From Candidatus Rokubacteria bacterium 13_1_40CM_69_27 (GTDB lineage: Bacteria > Methylomirabilota > Methylomirabilia > Rokubacteriales > CSP1-6): a stretch of 64,000 nucleotides of DNA. The translations under genes and the position numbers were made by a program. Shown here one piece after another: positions 54,688 to 60,981 of the stretch. Location: NCBI GenBank assembly GCA_001917535.1, contig MNEF01000083.1, positions 4,219 to 68,218 of the forward strand, written 5' to 3'. The notes under the pieces are model-generated. The model was not told the DNA's origin. It searched no databases and saw only the letters and a program-made list of their open reading frames with translations. Each line of letters starts with the position of its first letter. The stretch's first letter is position 1.

Positions 54688-55848
54688 GTGCGCGTCGCGC
54701 TCTTTACCAACAACTACCTGCCGTTCTGCGGGGGCGTCACGACATCGGTCGAGACGCTCCGCCGCGGCCTCGAGGTCCGGGGCCACGACGTCTGGGTCTT
54801 CGCCCCCCGCTTCCCTGGTGCCGTTGCCGGCCAGCCGCGCGTCGTCCGCTACCCGTCGATTCCCGCCGCGACCTACCCCGAGTTCTCGCTGGCGGTCCCG
54901 TTCTGGCCGGGGATGGCCGAGCGGATCCGGCGGCTCGACGTCGACGTGTTCCACGCCCACCACCCGTTCCTGCTGGGGCCCGCTGCCCGCCGGCTCGCCC
55001 GCCGGCAACACCGCCCGCTCATCTTCACCTACCACACGCGGTACGAGAAGTATGCCCATTACGTGCCGCTCCGCCGCAGCCTGGTGGAGGCGGCCGCGGT
55101 CCGGCTCAGCACGCGGTTCGCCGCGCGCGCCGACGCCGTCCTGGCGCCGTCGGCGGTCATCCGCGACGAGCTGCGCGCCCGCGGCGTGCCGACGCCGATC
55201 ACGGTCGTGCCGACCGGGATCGATCTGGAGCGCTTCAGCCCGGGCGACCAGATCGCCGCCCGGCGCGCGCTGGGCCTCGACCCGCGCGGCCTTGTGCTTC
55301 TCTACGTGGGGCGCCTCGATCGTGAAAAGCGCGTCGATCGCGTCTTACGAGCGTTCGAGCGGGTCGCGGGCACCATGACCCGCACGCGGCTCGTCCTGGT
55401 GGGGCAGGGGACGCAGGCCGACCACCTCCGCCGACTCACGAATGCGCTGGCGCTCCAGGACCGCATCCACTTCCTGGGGGTCCGCCCCCACGACGCCCTG
55501 GCCGCCTGCTATCGGGCCGCCGACCTCTTCCTGTTCGCCTCCGAGACCGAGACCCAGGGGCTCGTCCTGGCCGAGGCCGCGGCCTGCGGCGTGCCCGCCG
55601 TCGCGGTCGACGCGCCGGGATGCGACGAGGTCGTGCGTGACGGTGAGACGGGCCTGCTCACCAAGGCGGATCCTGCCGCGCTGGCCGAGGCCGCCATCGG
55701 GCTGCTGCTGGATGCCGAGCGGCGCAGCGCGATGGGGCGCCGGGCCCGGGAGATCGCCCTGCGCGAGTTCGACGCCCGCCTGCAGATCGATCGCACGCTC
55801 GAGGTCTACGGGGAGGCCGGTGACCGCCTGGGACGGAGCCTCCGCTGA
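54688..55848 (+). CDS. GT4-family (GT-B fold) glycosyltransferase
   Basis: VALFTNNYLPFCGGV N-terminus, C-terminal ETQGLVLAEAAACGVPAVAVDAPG...GETG (E-x7-E region). Confidence 0.85.
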   Translation: MRVALFTNNYLPFCGGVTTSVETLRRGLEVRGHDVWVFAPRFPGAVAGQPRVVRYPSIPAATYPEFSLAVPFWPGMAERIRRLDVDVFHAHHPFLLGPAARRLARRQHRPLIFTYHTRYEKYAHYVPLRRSLVEAAAVRLSTRFAARADAVLAPSAVIRDELRARGVPTPITVVPTGIDLERFSPGDQIAARRALGLDPRGLVLLYVGRLDREKRVDRVLRAFERVAGTMTRTRLVLVGQGTQADHLRRLTNALALQDRIHFLGVRPHDALAACYRAADLFLFASETETQGLVLAEAAACGVPAVAVDAPGCDEVVRDGETGLLTKADPAALAEAAIGLLLDAERRSAMGRRAREIALREFDARLQIDRTLEVYGEAGDRLGRSLR

Positions 55849-55867
55849 TGGCGGAGCGGCGGTGAGC

Positions 55868-56008
55868 GTTCCTGTGTCAACCCAAACGTCGCGCGCGCTT
55901 CCTCGAGCGCCGGCTTCGCCGGCGCAACCCCTTGGGGAGGTTCCCAGGGGGTCGCGGGGCCCCTTCCGACCAGGGATCTCGGAGGGAGCCTTCGAGGCTC
56001 CCTCCGAC
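55868..56008. repeat. mosaic palindromic intergenic repeat, copy R5 (reverse orientation)
   Basis: CCTGTGTCAACCC block as in R1; B hairpin GCGCCGGC-TTC-GCCGGCGC 55907-55925; A hairpin 55979-56007 TCGGAGGGAGCC-TTCGA-GGCTCCCTCCGA with a compensated stem change. Confidence 0.9.
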
Positions 56009-56010
56009 CT

Positions 56011-56379
56011 ATGAGCGCCCGCGGGGGCGGGCTGCGGCGCGTCGAGAAGGAAATCGTTGCCGAGAAGGCGGCGGCTCTCGGCCGCGCTGGCGAGCGCCTA
56101 GAGCAGGCCCTGGCCGAGGTGGCGGAGCTCGACGCCCGGCTCGCTGCCGCCAGCGATCCCCACGCGCGCGCGCGCTTGGGCCCCGCCTATGAGCAGGCGC
56201 GCGCCCGCGCCGCCAGCGAAAGGCTCGGGCTCCTGATTCAGCGCGAGGCGATCGGCCTGCGCCATCACCGGATCGTGGACCAGCAGTTTCCCGAACCGCC
56301 ACCGCTCACGGGGGGGCCCCGCGGCCCCGGGACGACAGCCTCAGGGAGCGCATCCACCGCGCCGACCACGCTCTCATGA
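56011..56379 (+). CDS. hypothetical Ala/Arg-rich coiled-coil protein
   Basis: ATGA overlap with the downstream paaK-like gene supports translation; no recognisable domain; start coincides with the edge of repeat R5. Confidence 0.45.
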   Translation: MSARGGGLRRVEKEIVAEKAAALGRAGERLEQALAEVAELDARLAAASDPHARARLGPAYEQARARAASERLGLLIQREAIGLRHHRIVDQQFPEPPPLTGGPRGPGTTASGSASTAPTTLS

Positions 56380-57683
56380 TCTGGAACACGGCGGCCGAGA
56401 CGCAGCCGCGAGCCGAGCGCGAGGCGCTCCAGCTGACCCGCCTGGGAGACACCGCGGCCTGGGCCGCCGAGCGGGTGCCGTTCTACCGGGAGCGCCTGTC
56501 GGGCGCCTCGCTGCGCAGCCTCGGCGACCTGGCGCGCCTGCCGTTCACGCGCAAGGGCGAGCTCCGCGCCCAGTACCCCTTCGGGCTCTTCGCCGTCCCC
56601 CAGTCGGAGCTCGCGCGGCTCCATGCCTCCTCGGGCACGAAGGGCAAGCCGACGGTGGTCGGCTATACCGCGGCGGACCTCGACGTCTGGCGCGAGGTCA
56701 TGGCGCGCGTGATGGTGGCCGCCGGAGCGCAGGCGGGCGATCTGCTGCACGTCGCGTTCGGCTACGGCCTCTTCACGGGCGGCCTCGGATTCCACCAGGG
56801 CGCCGAACGCATCGGCATGACCGTGGTGCCCGCCTCCTCGGGCAACACGGCGCGTCAGTGTCTGCTGCTCCGTGACTTCCGGCCCTCCGGCATCGCCGCG
56901 ACGCCCTCCTTCGCCCTGCATATCGCCGAGACGCTGGCCGAGCAGGGGAGCAAGCCGGGGCAGACCGGGCTCCGCTACGGGATGTTCGGCGCCGAGCCCT
57001 GGAGCGAGGGCCTGCGCCGCGCGATTGAGGCCGGGCTCGGCTGCCGCGCCTACGACATCTACGGCCTCTCGGAGATCATCGGCCCCGGGGTGTCGGGAGA
57101 GTGCGAGGCGCGCCAAGGGCTCCACATCTGCGACGATCACTTCCTGCCCGAGGTCGTCGATCCCGCGTCCGGGGCCTCGCTTCCGCCGGGATGTCAGGGA
57201 GAGCTGGTCCTCACGACGCTGACCAAACGCGCCATGCCCCTGATCCGCTACCGCACCGGCGACATCACCGCCCTGACGCTCGAGCCCTGCCGCTGCGGGC
57301 GGACCTCCGCGCGAATGGCGCGGCTCATCGGCCGGGCCGACGATATGCTTATCATCAAGGGAGTCAACGTCTATCCCTCGGAGGTCGAGCAGGCACTGCT
57401 GGATCTGGAGGACCTGGTGCCGCAGTACCAGCTGGTGGTCGACCGGACCGGGACCCTGGCCCGGGTCGAGGTGCAGATCGAGCCGGCGCCGGCGTTCCTG
57501 GAACGGTACGGCGGCGTGGAGGCCGGAGGCCCGGCGGTGGCGGCGCTGCGGGAGCGGGTGGCCGGCCGCCTGCACGCCGCCCTCGGGCTGAGCGTGGACG
57601 TGACGCTGCTGCCGGCCCGGACGCTCCCGCGCTCGGAGGGCAAGGCGGTCCGGGTCGTCGAACGAACGGAGGGCAAGCGATGA
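56376..57683 (+). CDS. paaK: phenylacetate-CoA ligase family (PaaK/coenzyme F390 synthetase-like) adenylate-forming enzyme
   Basis: Q..L..L....A.ERVPFYRERL N-terminus, SSGTKGKPT AMP-binding motif, YGLSE, YRTGD, KGVNVYPSEVE. Confidence 0.85.
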   Translation: MIWNTAAETQPRAEREALQLTRLGDTAAWAAERVPFYRERLSGASLRSLGDLARLPFTRKGELRAQYPFGLFAVPQSELARLHASSGTKGKPTVVGYTAADLDVWREVMARVMVAAGAQAGDLLHVAFGYGLFTGGLGFHQGAERIGMTVVPASSGNTARQCLLLRDFRPSGIAATPSFALHIAETLAEQGSKPGQTGLRYGMFGAEPWSEGLRRAIEAGLGCRAYDIYGLSEIIGPGVSGECEARQGLHICDDHFLPEVVDPASGASLPPGCQGELVLTTLTKRAMPLIRYRTGDITALTLEPCRCGRTSARMARLIGRADDMLIIKGVNVYPSEVEQALLDLEDLVPQYQLVVDRTGTLARVEVQIEPAPAFLERYGGVEAGGPAVAALRERVAGRLHAALGLSVDVTLLPARTLPRSEGKAVRVVERTEGKR

Positions 57684-58501
57684 GCGACCTCGAGAAGGCC
57701 ATGATGGCGAAGATCGGGAACGGCGTCCGGCTGGAGGCGCTCGATGAGATGACGCCGGAGTATCGCGAGCACCTCGTCCACCTCATGACGATGCAGGCGG
57801 ACTCGGAGCTGGCGGGCGGCTACGGCTACGTGCCGTGGATCACCAAGGCCCCGATCGTCGAGGAAAAGCACGTCGTGGCCCAGATCGTGAAGGACGAGCT
57901 CCGCCACGCCACGGTGATGTACGGGCTGCTGGCCGACCTCGGGGTCGACGTCGAGCGCCACGTGAGCGCCCACGACGAGATCTTCACGATGCGCATCGAC
58001 CGCGATGCCGACCTCGGGACGAAGCGAATCACGAGCGACAAACGCGTCAATATCTTCTACTACCCGATCGAGACCTGGGCGGATTTCATCTTCTTCAACT
58101 TCTGCATGGACCGCGGTGCCGGCCACCAGCTGGAGGACGTGCGCCACTGCTCCTACGGCCCCTGGGTCCGGGCCATCGAGGGCATCTTCAAGGAGGAGAA
58201 GTTCCACATCCGCCACGGCGAGTACTGGGTGAAGAAGCTCGCGGACGACCCGGCCACGCACGACGAGGCCCAGACCACCTTCAACAAGTGGTACATCCGC
58301 ACGATGAACATCTTCGGCCGGCCGGGCTCGCCGAAGAACCGGCGCTACCGGGAGCTCCGGCTCAAGGCGCGCGACAACGACGAGGTCCGCCAGGCCTTCG
58401 CGACCGAGGTGAAGGCGCTCTGCGCGACGTTCGGCCTCGAGCTACCGGAGTGGAAGCCCCGGTGGGCGGAGCTGCCTGAAGAAGCCCACATCCCCGGGTA
58501 A
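57680..58501 (+). CDS. PaaA-like ferritin-fold di-iron oxygenase subunit (phenylacetic acid catabolic protein family)
   Basis: Aligns by eye with E. coli PaaA blocks: DSELAG, KDELRHA (ExxH), TWADFIFFNF, CSYGPWVRAI, KEEKFHIRHG (ExxH); ATGA overlap with the paaK-like gene. Confidence 0.8.
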   Translation: MSDLEKAMMAKIGNGVRLEALDEMTPEYREHLVHLMTMQADSELAGGYGYVPWITKAPIVEEKHVVAQIVKDELRHATVMYGLLADLGVDVERHVSAHDEIFTMRIDRDADLGTKRITSDKRVNIFYYPIETWADFIFFNFCMDRGAGHQLEDVRHCSYGPWVRAIEGIFKEEKFHIRHGEYWVKKLADDPATHDEAQTTFNKWYIRTMNIFGRPGSPKNRRYRELRLKARDNDEVRQAFATEVKALCATFGLELPEWKPRWAELPEEAHIPG

Positions 58502-58505
58502 CCCG

Positions 58506-58997
58506 ATGACACCTCGGTACGGCGCGCCCGCCCCCGACTTCTCGCTGCCCTCCAGCCAGGGGGGCGAGGTCACCCTCGCGAGCTTCCGCGGCCAGGCCGA
58601 TATCGTGCTGGCCTTCTACTGCTACGACTGGGGTGGGATCTGAACGCCAGAGCTCACCGGCCTGGGCCAGGCCGCCGACGGCCTGCGTGAGCGGGGCGCC
58701 GTCCTGCTCGCCATCAGCGGCGACAGCCCCTTCTGCCACCGCGCGTTCGCCCAGGCCCGCACGCTTCCGTTTCCGCTCCTGAGCGACGTGCACCGAACCG
58801 CGATCCGCGCCTACGGAGTGCTCGACGAAGACCGCAACGTGGCCTATCGCTCGACGTTCATCGTGGACCGCGACGGGATCCTACGCTGGGGGCAGGCCGG
58901 CGATCGCGAGATGGTACGGGAGGGGACCGAGATCCTCCGGGTCCTCGACCTGATCGGCGCGTTGCGCCGGGCGCGGGCCACCACCCAGTCAAGTTGA
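58506..58997 (+). CDS. AhpC/TSA (Bcp-like) peroxiredoxin with in-frame TGA (58641-58643) at the peroxidatic position; candidate selenoprotein
   Basis: Single open frame from ATG 58506 to TGA 58995-58997 apart from one TGA; FYCYDWGGI-[TGA]-TPELTGL aligns with F-Y-P-x-x-x-T-x-x-C-T of peroxiredoxins; conserved Arg in YRSTFIVD. Confidence 0.7.
58652..58692 (+). other. candidate bacterial SECIS-like stem-loop downstream of the UGA
   Basis: GCUCAC (58652-58657)/GUGAGC (58687-58692) plus GGCC/GGCC inner stem; alternative compact hairpin GGCCU-GGGCC-AGGCC at 58659-58673 with a G-rich apical loop 21-25 nt after the UGA. Confidence 0.35.
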
Positions 58998-59039
58998 CAT
59001 AATGCTCCTTATCGGAAGTCCGGCCGGCCCGACGCCCGG

Positions 59040-59663
59040 CTACGGCCGGACCCCGAGGCTGGCCAGCCGGCTGCGAACATCATCGGCGCGCAGGCTGCCC
59101 GGCACGTCTCGGAGCACCCGCCGGTAGGTCTCGATAGCGGCCGCCTGGTTGCCGCTCAACTCCTGGATGCGGGCCACGTCCACGAGCAGCTCGTCGTAAT
59201 AGAACTCGCCGGGACGCAGCTCGGCCAGGCCCGCCTGGAATGCCTCCAAGGCCTTCGGGAACGTGCGCTCGGCCTCCCACGCATAGCCGATCCCTGCGCG
59301 GGCGAGCGTCCGCAGCGTGCGCGGGACTCCCCGGGCCATCGCGACCTCATACGCCCCCCGGGCACCGGCGTAATTGCGCTCGGCGTAGCGGAGGTTGCCC
59401 AACTCGTAGGCGGCCTGGGGAGCGAGGGCGGCGGACGGATGCCGGGCGAGCGCGGCTTCGAGGTCACGCACCGCAGCAGCGCGGGTGTCGGGCGAGGCTT
59501 GCGACCCGCGGCTCAATCCCAGGCGCGCCAGCGCGTCGGCGTAGGTCTCGGTCGCCTGGCGGTGCTGCGCCGCCGACCACAGCCAGGCGCCGCCCCCGAA
59601 CCCCGCCAGCACCACGACGGCGACGCCGACACCCGCCACCAGACGCCACGACGGGCGGGTCAT
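59040..59663 (-). CDS. membrane-anchored TPR-repeat protein (YfgM-like architecture)
   Basis: N-terminal TM (LVAGVGVAVVVLAGFGGGAWLW) followed by TPR-like repeats; ATG 59663 overlaps the upstream stop (ATGA). Confidence 0.65.
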   Translation of the reverse strand: MTRPSWRLVAGVGVAVVVLAGFGGGAWLWSAAQHRQATETYADALARLGLSRGSQASPDTRAAAVRDLEAALARHPSAALAPQAAYELGNLRYAERNYAGARGAYEVAMARGVPRTLRTLARAGIGYAWEAERTFPKALEAFQAGLAELRPGEFYYDELLVDVARIQELSGNQAAAIETYRRVLRDVPGSLRADDVRSRLASLGVRP

Positions 59664-59857
59664 CGCACGCGCAGCCCTTTCCGGTACTGGCGCCCGCACG
59701 AGGTGCACCGCCACCACCCCTGGGTGACGGCGCGGCGAACGATGTGGCCGCAGTGCGGGCAGCGCTGATATCTCTGGAGCCCGTAGAGGAGACCGAGCCC
59801 GACGACGATCACCGCGATGGCCATGACGATCTGCGACGGAGAGAAGACCGCCTCCAC
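59660..59857 (-). CDS. small membrane protein with C-terminal zinc-ribbon (CPHCG...CTSCG)
   Basis: TM segment IVMAIAVIVVGLGLLYGL then CxxC-x13-CxxC; translationally coupled to the TPR gene; GTG start with AAGGAG upstream. Confidence 0.55.
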   Translation of the reverse strand: MEAVFSPSQIVMAIAVIVVGLGLLYGLQRYQRCPHCGHIVRRAVTQGWWRCTSCGRQYRKGLRVR

Positions 59858-59893
59858 GGCTCCTTCATGCTAGCAGCGGCTCCTGCGGCTCGC

Positions 59894-59932
59894 GAGAAAT
59901 CTTTTCTCACCGGGTTCGGTGAAGAATTTCTC
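59894..59932. promoter_or_regulatory. 39-bp AT-rich imperfect palindrome in a divergent intergenic region
   Basis: GAGAAATCTTTTCTCACCG-GGTT-CGGTGAAGAATTTCTC; also contains local inverted repeat GAGAAA-TCT-TTTCTC. Confidence 0.35.
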
Positions 59933-60044
59933 CTCGACCGTCGGCCGGTGTGGTAAAACCAACGACCGTAACGGGCGTCCTCGCGCAGGAGTTCATCGGC
60001 ACGGCGCTTGCTGCCTTCTTCGCGGCTCGAAAGGAGGCCTGGCG

Positions 60045-60245
60045 ATGCGGAGCGATCTCCATCCACGCCTCACCGTCGAGGTGCGGCTCCTGCCCGACCC
60101 TTGCCTCTGGTGTTGGGAGATCCGGGACGCCGAGCGCGGCGACCTCGTCGAGAGTAGCTGGGCCGGCGAATGGACAGCCTACGACTCCGCCGATGAGGCG
60201 TATAGCGCCGGCCGCCGGCGCCTGAGCCGGCTGGCCCGTCGCTGA
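60045..60245 (+). CDS. small hypothetical protein (66 aa, CLWCW motif)
   Basis: AAAGGAGG RBS 7 nt upstream of ATG 60045; followed by a strong hairpin; no recognisable domain. Confidence 0.5.
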   Translation: MRSDLHPRLTVEVRLLPDPCLWCWEIRDAERGDLVESSWAGEWTAYDSADEAYSAGRRRLSRLARR

Positions 60246-60248
60246 GCC

Positions 60249-60286
60249 GGCGTGCCGGGCACCCCGCGCCGGGGGCCCGGCACGCC
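60249..60286. terminator. bidirectional terminator-like hairpin between convergent genes
   Basis: Perfect 12-bp inverted repeat GGCGTGCCGGGC (60249-60260)/GCCCGGCACGCC (60275-60286); loop can extend the stem (CCCC...GGGG). Confidence 0.55.
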
Positions 60287-60293
60287 AACGGAC

Positions 60294-60544
60294 CTACATC
60301 TTCACGCCCAGCTGCGCGAGAGCGTCCTTCGCGGCCTTTTCGGCTTCTGCGTGCTTGCCCTCGGCGTGGAGTTTTTGGGCCTCGGCGGCCTTCAGCTTGG
60401 CGTCGTAGCTCACGTTGTCGAAACGCTTCCCGGCTTCGTTGTTGATCTCCGCGATCAGCTTCGGGCACTGGACGCCAGCGCCGGCCCTGCGCCGGGCAAC
60501 GCGGCGACGGCGACAACGGCGGCGGTCCTCCCTTTGGCTGGCAT
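60294..60544 (-). pseudogene. frameshifted paralogue of the 7649-7912 small secreted protein
   Basis: ATG 60544 encodes signal peptide MPAKGRTAAVVAVAALPGAGPALAS and stops at 60457-60455; mature part CPKLIAEINN...KLHAEGKHAEAEK...GVKM continues in another frame; one missing base near 60468-60470 would restore ALAS-x-CPKLI. Confidence 0.6.
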
Positions 60545-60610
60545 GAGAGCGTCGGCGGTAGTGTAAGCGAAGTCGCCAGAGGCACGGTCGCGTCGGGTCA
60601 GCGGGTCGCC

Positions 60611-60925
60611 TCACTGCGGAATCTCGACGAAGATCGCGCCGTTCTCCACGATGACCGGGAAGCACGCGACCTTGAGACCGGGATTGTTGGCGTTGGCCCC
60701 GGTGGTCACGTCCCAGCGCCAGCCGTGCCACGGGCATGCGACGATACGGCCCTCCAGATCGCCCTCGCCGAGCGGGCCACCGCGGTGCGCGCACGTGTTG
60801 TCGATGGCGTAGAACCGGCCGTCGAGGTTGAACAACGCCACGGTGTGGCCGCCCGCCTGGACGACCCGGCCCTCGCCGACCGGCACCTCGGTGACCGCGG
60901 CCACGTTCACCCGTACCTGTCCCAC
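60611..60925 (-). CDS. Rieske [2Fe-2S] ferredoxin-type protein
   Basis: CAHRGGPL...CPWHGW Rieske ligands, 104 aa. Confidence 0.88.
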   Translation of the reverse strand: MGQVRVNVAAVTEVPVGEGRVVQAGGHTVALFNLDGRFYAIDNTCAHRGGPLGEGDLEGRIVACPWHGWRWDVTTGANANNPGLKVACFPVIVENGAIFVEIPQ

Positions 60926-60981
60926 GGCGTTCCCTCCTCCCTGCCCGGAATGCCCCTATAATAAACGCGGAGGCCCCCTCG

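Noticed and set aside
59919-60044. Upstream extension of the small ORF (the 108-aa version starting at GTG 59919)
   Set aside because: The extension begins inside the AT-rich palindrome and has no RBS. ATG 60045 has a strong AAAGGAGG RBS at ideal spacing.
42686-60044. Hidden tRNA, tmRNA, RNase P or SRP RNA genes in the larger gaps (42686-42799, 51059-51202, 52718-52840, 59858-60044)
   Set aside because: No T-loop (GTTCGAATC-like) or D-loop signatures or cloverleaf pairings were visible. The gaps are explained by promoters, palindromes or the repeat family.
60455-60480. Programmed ribosomal frameshift joining the signal peptide and mature domain of the small secreted paralogue
   Set aside because: There is no slippery heptamer or stimulatory structure at the junction. 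A simple 1-nt deletion or sequencing error explains it, and the intact paralogue at 7649-7912 needs no frameshift.
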